A stretch of DNA of 64,000 bases from contig NC_087252.1 of NCBI RefSeq assembly GCF_037042905.1, positions 21,640,001-21,704,000 of the forward strand, read 5' to 3'. Positions 39,523 to 53,300 of this stretch are shown here, in pieces (within the stretch, counting starts at the first letter, position 1; each line of letters begins with the position of its first letter). The DNA is from Lytechinus pictus (lineage: Eukaryota). The position numbers and the translations under genes are program-made. The notes below the pieces were generated by a model, which saw nothing but the letters and a program-made list of their open reading frames with translations, made no database searches and had not been told where the DNA came from.

Positions 39523-40199
39523 TAATACACGAACCAAAATGGAATTAACTAATAGACTCAATGCATTTAAACACCATGCTACTCATAAATCTAGAAAAAT
39601 TGCATGTCCTCGAGGCGGTCTCGCACACCATTGCTCACGAATCACAAACTAATTATAATTAGGCTTTGAATAAAGTAAGCGGTATTTTATGATGATAGAT
39701 CGGACTACCAGGGAATAAAAATACTACAGTTACAGGAACAAAAACGACTCCAAACTGACCAAATATGTATGATTGGTCAGAATGTAGTAAAATTTGTAGG
39801 TGTGGTCAGTTTGCAATTGTAGTATCAAAAGGGGGAAAAACAAAGAATGAAATGTCAGCTAATGTAGGCCTAATAAAAATGATAATTATAATAACTCAGT
39901 TTCAAATATTTCGGGATAAAGGGTGCTAATAAATGCTGCTGCTGCTGCTGAGGATGATAATTGTTATTATCATTATTACTACCATCATCATCATCATCAT
40001 CATCATTATTATAATTATTATTAAAAATTTGTTGCATCATCTTATATAATTCATTTTTCAGATGTGATGAGGGTTTGGAAATGATATATGTTTTTCAAAA
40101 GTTGGCTCTGGTGATGAAGTACATAATTTATATGCAAATCGTTTTTTTTTTTTGGGGGGGACATTATGCGAAATGTAATTAAAGGGAGGAGGAGAACGA

Positions 40200-41002
40200 G
40201 AAGAAGAAGAAGAAGAGGAGGAGGAGGAGGAGGAGGAGGAAGTGGGAGGAGGAGGAGGAGGAAGTGGGAGAGAGGGAGCATGAGGAGGAGGAGGAAGAAG
40301 TGGGAGAGAGGGAGGGTGAGGAGGAGGAGAAAGAAGTGGGAGAGAGGGAGGGTGAGGAGGAGGAGGAAGAAGTGGGAGAGAGGGAGGGTGAGGAGGAGAA
40401 AGAAGTGGGAGAGAGGGAGGGTGAGGAGGAGGAGGAAGAAGTGGGAGAGAGGGAGGGTGAGGAGGAGGAGGAAGAAGTGGGAGAGAGGGAGGGTGAGGAG
40501 GAGGAGAAAGAAGTGGGAGAGAGGGAGGGTGAGGAGGAGGAGGAAGAAGTGGGAGAGAGGGAGGGTGAGGAGGAGGAGGAAGAAGTGGGAGAGAGGGAGG
40601 GTGAGGAGGAGGAGGAAGAAGTGGGAGAGAGGGAGGGTGAGGAGGAGGAGAAAGAAGTGGGAGAGAGGGAGGGTGAGGAGGAGGAGGAAGAAGTGGGAGA
40701 GAGGGAGGGTGAGGAGGAGGAGGAAGAAGTGGGAGAGAGGGAGGGTGAGGAGGAGGAGGAAGAAGTGGGAGAGAGGGAGGGTGAGGAGGAGGAGAAAGAA
40801 GTGGGAGAGAGGGAGGGTGAGGAGGAGGAGGAAGAAGTGGGAGAGAGGGAGGGTGAGGAGGAGGAGGAAGAAGTGGGAGAGAGGGAGGGTGAGGAGGAGG
40901 AGAAAGAAGTGGGAGAGAGGGAGGGTGAGGAGGAGGAGGAAGAAGTGGGAGAGAGGGAGGGTGAGGAGGAGGAGGAAGAAGTGGGAGAGAGGGAGGGTGA
41001 GG
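40200..41002. repeat. 36-bp purine-rich minisatellite x20 preceded by (GAA/GGA)n
   Basis: Unit gaggaggaggaggaagaagtgggagagagggagggt, with a recurring gagaaagaa variant and one 33-bp unit. Confidence 0.97.
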
Positions 41003-42367
41003 GGTTTACATAAAGAAGAGAGACGGTGGGGTGGGAGGAAGGAGGGGTCACATTAAAAAAATAGATATAGACACATAGATTGACAAAGATAATTGGAAAG
41101 AGGTAGGGAAAGAGAGAAAGGGAGAGAGAAAGAAAGAGAAACTTTAGAGATGATCATGAGACAATGAAACAGTTCAATGAAAGACATGATTTTAAAAGAT
41201 CAGCGAGAGTGCAAGAGAGAGGAAAAATTAGGGATAAGGAAATAACTCCTGCTCAGAGAAATGAGAGGAATTAGTATGCAGAACCATGCTTGACCATCAA
41301 TGTTAGTCATTAGGAAAATTGGTGAGAGTTAAATTGAAATTTCACCAAATTAAAGATGCTTTGTTGCAGTCTCCATGGTAACGTGATAGAAGTCATTTGG
41401 CAAAAGAACGCATTTTGCATAGTGAAATAATCATAATGCTATATCTGTATAATACGTGTACAATTGGTGTACTATGATAATCCCATGCGCTCAGCATCAA
41501 TAGTCAGTGCCTAAGAATGATTTGAAAATCACATTAATATTGCCAGAGAAATACATTTGAATGAACGTACATCTGCCAAATTGTTTGGGAAAAATTCTTA
41601 TTTTTGGTCATTTTTTTTAAAGGTTAATGTTACATATTTTTTTACATATCCATTTGTGATGTATGTTCGGTTTATTTAATATTCAAATTTGTTTTATTCA
41701 GGACTTGATAAATCATTTCCTTGAATGAATAAATTAAATTCAGATCTACCACATTGCATAAGAATGTTAATTTTTATGGGAATAAAACTTGTGAAAATAC
41801 ATCTAGAGCTACATGTACATAATTACATGTACATAATATCTTCAGTAATGAATACAACAACACCTGCCAACACAACACATTCATACACACACTACGCATA
41901 TTTTGTATATATGTCTTGTGACTTGGCATCTGTTATTGAGTGTGTTAACATGATTCACACTCTCTGATTGGCCTAGCCAGCAGGCACATTCATCCAATGA
42001 ATGCAGGTCTTCACAACTCACTGCTGTGTGATTGGGAAGGGAAGTCAGTGGAGTCCTACATTATAAGAACTAGGGGTGTTCATGGTAAAGACTACCCGAG
42101 GGAAAGCTGAGGAGGGAAATGTGGATGAATTGTGCTTGGCTTTGAAGGAGGACTTTTTGTATATTTCAGGCAAAGATATTAATAGATTCAGAAAATGATA
42201 GACTCTTACTCATTTTCAAATATACTTCATATGTACATCTACATGTACAAGTTAAAATGATAGGTGGTGTGTAGTGTAAGTTTGATGTTCTAAATTTTTT
42301 GGATGGATATAATTATACATGCTAAAGAGGAGATGAATGTTGACTTTCTACATATTGATGAGAGCTC

Positions 42368-42384
42368 TACCGCCCTCTTGTGGT
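42368..42384 (-). promoter_or_regulatory. CTCF-like motif
   Basis: Reverse strand ACCACAAGAGGGCGGTA, one deviation from the core consensus. Confidence 0.45.
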
Positions 42385-42839
42385 AGCCACAGGGAGAGTC
42401 TTAAAGATAAGTTGATTGCCCCATCAACACTTCAAATATACATTATGATGAATGCATGTACTTAGATAAACTAAAGGAAAATGACACTGAATGAAAAAGA
42501 CTAGGTTAAATCTTGTATTACAATTGTATGATGTTATTCAATTATTTTCAGAAGGAAAATAGTTTTAACATATGAAAGCCTTCATTCAAGAAACTTTTTT
42601 TCAATTCAATTCAAATAAACATTTATTTTCTTCCATTTCACAAATTTCTACATTTTTGTAAACATAAATTCATACAAAAATCAGTTTTTTATGAAGGATA
42701 TAAATATGTACATGTTAGGCGTAAAGAAGGTGTATACCCTAAAAACTAAAAAAGCTAAAAACTTAATAATTTACTGATGCAGGTAATTTTCTACTAGTGT
42801 ATAACTTCTTGTTTATGTTGTTCTTGTATCTTCTCTGTG

Positions 42840-43480
42840 TCTAATTTTTTCCCTCTATTTTTCTTTCCATTTGTATTAATGTATATTTCTATCTCTCATT
42901 CACCCCTCCTCCCTCCTCTCCCTCCATCTCTCTTGTTGTTTCTATCCATCCACCTTTTCCTCTCTTTTCTTACTCTTTCTTCCTGCCTATATTTCCTCTA
43001 TCCCCCTCTCTCTCTCTTTTCTTTTCATGTGTATTAATGCATATTTCTATCTCTCACTTAACATCATCCTTCTCTGCCGTTCATCTCTCTTGCTCTCTCT
43101 ATCGATCCATCTCCTACCTTTTTCTCTTTTCTCACTCTCTCTTCCTGCCTATATTTCCTTTTATTTTTTTCCTCTATTTTTCTTTCCATGTGTATTAATG
43201 TATATTTCTATCTCTCATTCACCCTCATCCTCAGCCATTTATCTCTCTTGCTCTCTCTCTCTATCCATCCACTCTTTTTTATCTTTTCTCACTCTCTTTC
43301 TGCCTATATTTCCTCTTTTTATTCTCTCTCTGTTTTTCTTTCCATGTGTATTAATGCATATTTCTATCTCTCATTCACCCCCTCCTTCCATCCCTCCATC
43401 TCTCTTGTTTCTCTATCCATCTACCTTTTCCTCTCTTTTCTTACTCTCTCTCTTCCTGCCTACATTTCCTCTGTTATTCC
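42840..43480. repeat. CT-rich tandem repeat, about 158-bp unit x4
   Basis: tgtattaatg.atatttctatctctca at 42872, 43030, 43191 and 43347. Confidence 0.9.
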
Positions 43481-43777
43481 GCCTTTGCTGGCTATGTGGT
43501 TGTTTCACCCCGTGGGTCATTAACCCTTCTCTTCATTTAATATTAAACATGGATTTTAGTTATTGAAATACAAAAACCACACTTTAATCTAAGCGACTAT
43601 GGGCGTGAACCGCAGACACCTGTAGCTTCATGCCATTGAATGGAAAAGAAATGTTGTGATCATAGAGTAAAAAAAGAACCTTAATCAATATTTTGTTTTA
43701 ATTATACCCCACTCTCCACTCCTGCAGTCTCTGTTTTTCTGTTTAATTTGCTTTTAGTGTGTTTGACTTTATCTTAA

Positions 43778-46700
43778 CCCTTTGCGTGCGACGGGCTTCC
43801 ACAGAAGCCCAGCGAGTCGTTCACTTAGCTACGACGGGCTTCTACAGAAGCCGAGATTTGTTTGGTTTTATTCGATGAAGTTTTTCAGCTTTTTCGTAAT
43901 TTTTATGTACTAAAACCTTTCCCACTATTTCCTTTATAAACCTATTTCAATAATCAAACGAAAAAAATATACAGCTACGTGGAGAAAAATCCCGAAAATG
44001 GGAAATCATTTCAACTTTACCCGAATTTTTCGTTGGAGTCCGACGGGGAGGATAAATTTTGTGACGTGCACGTACGCGCGCGCACACTAGGCCTTATCAC
44101 GTGATTTGTTCTGATCATGTGATTTGTTTTGATCACGTGATTTGTTCCATATCGTTCTGAAAGTTAAGCTAAAATCTTTTCTGGAAGATCGTCACGTAAT
44201 AACCTACGCGTTTATTCACCATTTTCGTCTTATTTGTTTCATCAAGAAGATATCACTCTAGATAGAATGATATCTCTTTGGTTTCATCGATCGATTGTAT
44301 TTTCAGAAAAACAAAAAGCTTGTAATGTCTTTTTAGTACTTTGAGCTGATCGTGGTGCACTTTTGAACTTTTTTCCCTCGATCCCCATCATCCCTCTTCT
44401 CATTATTTTTCTCTACTATTCTAAAAAAAGTAGAGAAAAGAAAGCAGTTTAGCACACCATTTATCTTATGCTCTTTTCAAAAGGGAAACGTCCATGTAGT
44501 TCATGATATCAGCACTACCCAAACAAAAGAATGTCTGGGCGGCAACTCAAACAAATTCCTTCCGAAAAGAGCAGGATACAGATGGTCAACGCCCCGAACA
44601 AAACGAAGATTAGCGTTTATCGGCAAGATTACCTATTGAATGCTCTTCGTACTTAGCAATACAAAAAGTTTTTATGAATACTTTTTTTCCGACCAACATA
44701 CCTTATCTAAAAAAAAAGAAAAAAAAATTGTCTCAATTACCAACAAAACAGGTGCTTTAAGCCCCTTTCACAATTGACGTACGACCACTTGCGACCTTTT
44801 GGTCGTGCGACAGGCTGCAACAGGCATCAATCGCCAGTCATCTCATAATATCGCACAGAGGCTTTCACAGTTGCAACAGCTGTCGTACAACAAAAACAAC
44901 CAGTAAAACCCGTTGCACGAGTAAGTCGCTTATGATCCTATTGTGCTCGTGCGATCACATGCGAGTGTTGCACGAGGGATTGCGAGGGGAACGGTCGCAC
45001 ACAACGGTAGTGCAATGTTGTAAGCCGTTGCGATCGGTCTTGCAACAGTCTTATGGCCCATCATATTATCGCACCCAGTCGCAAGACAGGTCTCTGTACA
45101 TGTAGGTCGCTAGCACAAGTGCAAGTGTTGTACGACCTCCAGTCGAGTAAATGCGACTAGTTAGTTGTGCCACCTGTCGCAACAAGTCGTGCAACGTTGA
45201 ACAACACTCCCACGATGATCGCCCGACCGATGGTACGACCCCGGATACGAGCTGATGCGAGTGAATCGGTCGTATTTGATCGCGTTCGGATTTTGAACAT
45301 GTTCAAAGTTCAGATGTGACCAGTCACGACCACCTTGAGTTCGTGCGACCGTCTACAACGACTGCGAGTGCTCGCAAGTCACCAAGAGATCGATCGTGCA
45401 ACAGCAGGAAAAAACTGTTGCAGGCGGTCGTAAACTGGTCGGATGTCAATTGTGAAAGGGGCTGTACGGTCGCATACATGCGAATGCAACGGTAGTGGAA
45501 TGTTGCAAGCCGTAATTTCGATCGGTCTTGCAACAGTCTTATATTATCGCAACCAGTCGCAAGACTGGTCTCTGTAGATATCTAGCGCATGTGCAAGTGT
45601 TGTACGACCTCCAGTCGACTAAATGCGACTATACGTAGTTGTGTCATCTCTCGCACCAAGTCGTACAACGTTGAACAACACTCACGCGATGATCGCCCGA
45701 CCGATGGTACGACCTGCATGCGAGTAAATCAATCGTATTTGATCGCGCTTGGATTTTGAACATGTTCAAATTCAGATGCGACCAGTCATGACCACCTCCG
45801 ACCACCTCAAATTCGTGCGTTCGTCTACAACCACTGCGAGTGCTCGCAAGACACCAAGAGATCGATCGTGCAACAACAAGAAAAAACTGTTGCAGGCGGT
45901 CGTAAACAGGTCGTACGTCAATTGTGAAAGGGGCTTATGACATCGGTCAGCGATCATTTTGCATAAAAGCGCTCCCCCTGGTTGATGATGCATGTGAGGA
46001 TGAAAGAAGAATCATTGATAGGGAAATTATAGACAAAAATGTTTATATGTCACGGAGAACGAGAGAGAATGAGAGACAAAGATAAAACGGGGAATAGACA
46101 AGTGCGCTTTTGCTAAAATTCCATGATATACTTAAACGAATAACAACATGACTTTATTTTTTTGTTAGATTACTTAAAAAAATCCCAAAACGTTTGTTTG
46201 TTGCAACTATGTCCTCAGATCCTTGTCAAACTGATGACTTGTTATTATTATTGTTCGACCTAGCTCCTAGCCCCCCCCCCCCCCCCGATGGAAATGTTCT
46301 GACCTATACACTCTAATAGTGCTTGTTTGTCTCCTTCTCCTATTTTATGTTTTTAATTGCGAGTAACGCGGTAGAAAAGATAGGAATAAAGACCGTCCCG
46401 GCTAGTTTTTTCCCCTTTACGAACCCCCCCCCCCCAAAAAAAAAAAAATAATAAAATAAAAAAAAAATCGCATTTGAGATGTTTACCACGGTTAGCATCC
46501 AAACCAAAATATTTGGAAAAAAAAATATGTTATACAGGGACAGCAATGTTTTTTTTCTTATGGTGCAGGGTTTGAGCTGTGGGACGGGGGTGAATCGGCT
46601 AAAAATTTTATTTTTTTTTAAATCATGTCAATATACAGAATGAATTTATAATAGGTTAGGTTTCAAAAGCTTTTTTTCTCCCCGGATGAAAATTTTTGCA

Positions 46701-49700
46701 TTAAAAAGTTGACGGAAACATTATCACTTCAAATTATAAAACCAATATTGAAATAAGTTTCCTCGCCTGAAATTGGGGAAATAGAATGATATATGATGAG
46801 AAATTAAGTTAAGGCACCCACTATAAAGAAAACACGTTTGTCTGGCGTGTCACCAGACAGAACCCTCTCAATCCTACAAACTTTTATTCATGTGTGACCT
46901 ACACCCCCCCCCCCCACAAAAAAAGTTGATACTGACCCAAATTTTATTGATTTTCCTACTTTTTCGCGAATTTTCTTTTTACCGGCGAATTGCGCGGAAG
47001 AAAAGATTTCATATAGAAAAAAAAATTGTTTCCCTTACTGCAAACATTTGGGGCGCTTACCCTGGTTAGCATATAAACCAAAATATCTGATTTTAAAAAT
47101 AAAAAACAGGGGCCGCTGAGCGTTTTGATAATGGAGGGGTTGAGCTGAATGTGGGAGGACTTGCCAAAAAAATCACAAATTTATATAGACTTCGGATTTT
47201 TGTGTACATGTTTGCTGAAAGGGGTGAGGACTGAAACTTCCTACCAACTCCGCAGCCTCTGTACTATTAGATAACATGATTAGAACGATAGAGAAAAAAT
47301 TCTAACTATTAGGAATGCCTTTTTTAATAATTTATTTATTACTTTGTTTTCGGTTGTGAAACCAAGGAGACAAATTGAAAATAGAACAAAACGAAAGAAC
47401 AAATAAAAAAACCTCTTTATTGCGTAGGCTATAATTTATTCAAGAAAAAATACTTTCTCTTTTTTAGTAATTGCTAGCATGGCTCTTTTTTAGGAAAAAG
47501 TAAGATAAAGAGAGAAGTGTAGAAAACTGACAAGAAGAGAGTTGGGAGGTATAATTTCAGACTTACAATTTCAGCCACTTTTACTCGTTTAACTCTGAAA
47601 TAATTTCAGGATATTACAAATTTAATACCGGTGCGCAAACTTCAGGAACAAAATTATTTTATTATCATAGCTGCGTGGAAAAATGAATTAAATGAGACAT
47701 ATAATTTATGAAAAGATTTAAAAAAATATTTTTAGTAAAAGTTTGAGGCCTCTGTCTTGCCATTACCCTCAGCCCCAAGTTCACAAAAAATAGTTTAGTC
47801 GTGCGTTGTTATACGATGATCCTCATCATCATTTTGTCTTTTGCGAAAGATTTCTACCTACATGTACGTTATCAATATAGAAAATGGAAGATGATATTAA
47901 ATCTATTGTGAAGTGACAGTTACAATAGTGATTTTAAAAGGTTTTTCGGGATATTATTTGAGAAACGGGGGGGGGGGCCTAAATTTTCGACATGATGACC
48001 ACGATGCAATTGGACGAGAGGCACACAAATGCAACCACCTCCGATCAATACAAGTTGGTAAAATCAAGGCATAGTCTCGGAACCGTTTCCGCTGAAGAGA
48101 GACGGGGGGGGGGGGACGTAAAAAAGTAATGTAAAATGACAGGTACTGAGAAGAAAAATAGAAAGGATTGAGGGGGATGGGGGCGGGTATCCAAATCGGG
48201 GAGAAGGAAGATGATACAGATATGGGGATATAGAAAGACGATAGATATAAGAAAGGGAGTGAAAGCGGTAGAAAATACCTTCAGTTACAGGTTAGAAACC
48301 AGAGGAAGGGAAAACGAGGAAATCCCTAATTGGTACCGTTTTATAAAATACATGCACATTTTATATTGACAAACGCGCAATAATTTAAACATATTTACAA
48401 TCAACCAGTCAAATAGTAGGATTTCAGTAGCTTTTTAAAACGGGCCCTTGGTACACTTTTGAACCCCCCCCCCCCCGCTTTCTCTCGTTAACTCATCTTA
48501 TTGCTCTTATTTTTGTCTTCTATTTCAAAGGAAATAAGCAGAAAATAAAGCAATTAGAACAGCGTTTATCCCCTGCTCTTTTGAAAATGAAAACGTCCAC
48601 CAGTTCTTGATCTCGGCACTCCCCAAACAAAAGAAAGTCATGGCGGACGGGACGCCCAAACGAATTCCTTTTCAGAAGAGCAGGAGACAAATAGCTAGTT
48701 GACGCCCTGAATAAAAGGAAGATTAGTGTATTTCGTCAGGATGACCCACTGAATGCTTTTCGTATTTAGCAATACAAAAAGCTCTTAGGAATACTGTTTT
48801 TCATGTTACGACAGTAATTTTTTTATAAAGCAAATGTTTACTCACTTATTGACAAAACATGCAGGCGCTGAAGACATGGCAAGAACATTTTCTTCTTGAG
48901 CATGACAGTGCTTTCGTCATAAAAAATACAATTTCCCCTAAGTGATCATACACATAGGGATGGAAGAAGATGTGAGATTTAAAAAAAAAGAATATAAAAT
49001 GTAAATCGAGATACATGTAAAGGAGAATGATGAAACGACAGAAAAATGAGAGGGGAAAAAGAAATAGATCAAAAAGGTATACTGTAAACCATAATGTGCG
49101 CTTTTGCTATTGCATGAATGTTTACTTATACAGAATTATAGATTAGCTGGATGTGGGGGGGGGGGAGTGATCCGGCCAAAACAAAATCACAAGTTTATGG
49201 ACTTCGCGTTTCATCTTCAGGAACAAAATTTTTTTTTATTACAAACAATAATTCATGAAAAGAAGAAACTGAAGGGGCGATTTTTAGTGAAACGTTGAGG
49301 ACACCGTCTTAAAGCCCAGAAGCAAAAGATCACAGTTTCGGACTTTCGTTACGCAGCATCATCATTGTACTAATTGCAAGGGAATATTTGCCCCTTTTTA
49401 TTCGTTCTGGAAAATAAAGATATTTGGTATGCTGTGATTTCACCCAAAACGGATTATCGTCGTAATTATACACATTGCAAATGATCTCTATACAAGGGGC
49501 TAAAGACACCATTCTTGAGTAGCGTGACAATAGACAGGGAAAAAGCATTAGAGCAGACAACAAAGCGGTATCGATCGAACCCTGCCCATCCGCGCGTGCT
49601 GATTGCCCTTACGCATTTTTGTACACAGTGCCTATTGACTTGGGAAAAAGCGAAGATTTTACAAAATAATACGACTATTTCCTATAAAATTTCTCAACTA

Positions 49701-49914
49701 TTCTATTGATTTGAGAAGCGAAACCTTCATTTCTAGAAAGAAAAATGTCTAATCTTTCATCTTTACATTTACTAAAAATCCTGAAAATACTTCAGTTTGG
49801 CGCAATTAGCAATTGTTTAGGAAAACACCACCACAAATCCAAATACTAGCAATGTACCAAAACGGCTCCGCCGGAGGGAGAGGTATCCGGTTTCGCGGGT
49901 CCGCACGCAAAGGG
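43778..49914. mobile_element. 6.1-kb non-autonomous piggyBac-type element
   Basis: ttaa|ccctttgcgtgcg ... cgcacgcaaaggg|ttaa (perfect 13-bp TIR, TTAA TSD). Left subterminal direct repeat cgacgggcttc.acagaagcc x2. No transposase ORF. Confidence 0.88.
44761..45934. mobile_element. Harbinger-like element nested in the piggyBac, with duplicated right half
   Basis: Perfect 26-bp TIR gcccctttcacaattgacgtacgacc, TA/TTA flanks, and an extra internal right TIR ending at 45462. 44991-45462 is similar to 45466-45934. Confidence 0.9.
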
Positions 49915-52447
49915 TTAATCATACTTTTTATTATACTATTCATATTTTATTGACATTTCCATGATATTTCATTAACTATTTTAATGGATTTCATTACCAC
50001 TGTGTTTATCAAGACTTGAGACAAAAGCCAGAGTTCTTCAAAATTATTGTAAGCTGCTTTTTGCATTCTAGCATATATATATTTTATTACCCATGTTCAT
50101 GAATTTTATGTGTATTGAGACTTCAGACATAGGCAAAAATTGCTCTTCAAAATTGTTGTTAGCTGTCTTAGTTTGAAAATTATTAAGGAAGCCATTATTG
50201 GTGTAATGCAGTTTGAAGCTCATATTTCCTTATAACTCGTGAATTTGAAATGATAACAAATATAACAAATATCTTGGTAATTTCTTAAATGCAATAAAAA
50301 TGCATTGTGTTTGGAAAGAATTTTGCTTCAATTAAATAGATAGTGGACAGTAAAAGTTGTTGATATTTTTCCATCAAATTGTTAAAGATACACTGCTATC
50401 CTAACCAAAGTGGGATGAAATCACCCTTTTTTAGAATAAAATATTCAGACTGACTCAGAATTATGTTACTCATCATGATGTCCGACGCGAAATATCTAGC
50501 AAAATCACACAATTGTGATTCAAATGACTATTTTCAAAGAAAATGTAAGATGTGTCGGTGTTACAAAAACACAGGCTTACAATAGTCATGGATTAATCGA
50601 ATTACTAAGGCCTTGTCAATTGCATATCAAATCCATCACTGCATGAAAATAATGTAAGGAGAAGGGGAGGGGATAATAATGATAATGATGGGAGAATACT
50701 AATAAGAAACATGGGGGTCCTCCAGTCCTTGAAATGTAGACAACATGCTTGATTTGTAAATTTCAATCGTTAATGACATTATGGTATGCATGGAATGCTC
50801 TGGAGCAAATGTAATTTCACAGCAGGGATGCAATGAATGCACACCATCTTTGGAATGACTAAGAATATTTTTTTTTGAAGGAGGGGTGGGGAGAGATGGA
50901 GATGACTGAATGAATGAGGAAGGGGGACAGAGAGAGAGAGTGAAGAAGGAGGTAATATAATGGGGGAGAGAGAATCTAGAGATAGCTAGAGAAAAGTATT
51001 ATATTTTTTTAATTAAAAGAGGGAGAATACCCCCAAATAATAATAATAATACTAATTAAAAACATTAACTTAAAACATAAAAGTATAGATTGAAATAAAA
51101 AGAATTAATAAATAAAACAAACATGGGATGTAAATATGATTTAATAAAAAAACGAGTACAGAAGGAAACAGAATGAAAGAATGTAATACTCAAATAAATG
51201 GAAGAGGGGAATGACAATATAAACAGAGGTAGAGAAAAATAGAAATACAGAAATAAATATTACAGAGGGAAAGAAAGAAAAATGTAATTAACACAGAGAA
51301 TAAAGGAGTGTAGATTGATGGAGGGGAAAATTACCACTTAAAGGGTAGGATTAAGGCTGGAATGAGAGAGAAAGCATATGAAATAGAAAGGGGAGAGGGT
51401 GGTGAGAATATGATAGACAAGGATAACACAAGACGGAGAAAGACAGTCATACACAGAGAGAAGTGCAAAGAGACATGGCAGGGGGAAAAGAAAAGAAAAA
51501 CTCCTGGCGCCAAAGGTGTGACTCAAATGTGTGACTTATTTCTGTAGGTCTCATCTTTACATCAACATTTTCCTCCAAATTTGTACTTTTCCAACCCAAA
51601 TCAAGTTTGAGACACGATGACGTGTCGCTTTTGGACCAGCCTGATGTATTTCAAACAAAAGTGAAAAGAATTGAGGAGTAATGAGATTTGTATTTATTTA
51701 CTTATTCTCCTACTTGAATGGTTGTTTTCCTCATTTTCTGTCTGATCAAGAACAAATGACTGTTTCTTCTCTGTATTACTTGTCTGCACTGTCTTTTTTG
51801 TTTCTAAAGCAAATCTAAGCTACTATGCATCATGTTAAGAACTAAGAATATAGAAATTAAAACCTTTCAGGAGTCAACACATATTCTATATTAGATTTAA
51901 AGTTGTGTTGAATTAAAAACACTTGATTTCCTATTCCTATCCATCTAAATACCCCTAAAGAATTAGTAATTATCAATTTTTATCCATATCACTATATTTG
52001 CAATTAATGAATAGTACGTTGCATTACCCATTTTGATTACAATTTACCATGAGTTTGAAATGCACAAAGATCTTTGTTAGATGTTAATTGAGTTTAGTAT
52101 GGAAAGGGGCATGACAAGGATGTGTTTTTGCTGTGTGTGGGGCAGATGTAGACCTTAAGTGTTTTACTGATACTGTTATTCTAAATGCAGTGCCTTAAAA
52201 ACTGTATCCCTTTCCGATAAAGATCTAACAAGAATAGGAGGAAAATGTCGCACTTTAGTCATGCATGGTCTGTGCATGATTTCACTAAAATGGTATGCAT
52301 GATTGCCCCCCCCTCGCACTTCACACATCCATACGTGCGCCAGAACAACGGGAAAATTAAGAAAGAAAATATCATCTTCATAAAAAATGAATAGTTCAGT
52401 GACATTGCTGTGAGAATGGAATATGTTAAAGTTATGGTGAGTATGAG

Positions 52448-53300
52448 CATGGACCTATTACGAATGGACATTCAACGAGAGTATTTTATGACCACCACCT
52501 GTTTCCAGCTGTCAAAATCGCTGTCTAACCCTTAACTTTCTCTTTACGCGGTTTTTACGACCACCGCCCGGGGCGATTGTTTACACAAGCTCCTTTCGCC
52601 CATTGATCGTCACCGATCGATCACTGGCCCTCTTTCGACCAAAGGCGGTCATGTTTTAGCCCCGATTGCCAAAAGGGAAAGTCCCTACATTACCTAGAAT
52701 GCAATGCGCAATTCATATCCGGTTTTTCAGTACATTATTTTAGGCTGTCTATAATGTGCGATTGTCGTCTGTCCATAAAAAAAAATCCTGTTAAATTTCA
52801 TCAATCCTGTGGAATTTTATGCCCAAATGAAAATCAACTTCTGACCGAAGGTAAGCGCTACTATCGACATCAATACTGTCCGAAAAAGATGAAATTTTAA
52901 CGTTTTTCCGCAGATTTTTTCGTCGAATTTCAAGTGCTTTTTTGCCATAGATATACGGATCTGCAAGGTGATGTCAATGCATTTCATTTCCGGTTGTTAG
53001 CGATGTACGTAAAAAATACGTTTATGCACGCCTGTTTTCTTGTTTCTGCTATCATTTTCATAGCGCTAACGTTCGCTGCTGTGCGTTGCTGTTGATAAAG
53101 TGAACGAACAACATCGCAATGTGTAGGAGCAGCGTACAATTGATTTCCGCTGTCCATCAGTGAGAGCATGGTGAGAGCGTTTTTTACGACCGGCTTGATG
53201 GGTGTCAGCTGCCAGTGCTCTGTTTATAAAAGGATTAGCGGCGACGGTCTCTGTGTCAAAGGAGGGGATTCGTTGAATGTCCATTCGTAATAGGTCCATG
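52448..53300. mobile_element. Non-autonomous P-superfamily-like element (31-bp perfect TIR, 7-bp TSD)
   Basis: catggacctattacgaatggacattcaacga (52448-52478) is the exact reverse complement of 53270-53300. GTATGAG at 52441-52447 and 53301-53307. CA..TG termini. Confidence 0.88.

Noticed and set aside
40166..41056. Long ORFs of 249-296 aa (RRRRKKWERG, EEEEEEVGEREG and SSSSPSLSPT repeats)
   Set aside because: These are stop-free readings of a 36-bp minisatellite, open in several frames on both strands, with no splice context or unique domain.
43778..49914. piggyBac transposase gene
   Set aside because: No ORF over 80 aa in the track and no recognisable catalytic-domain motif within the element.
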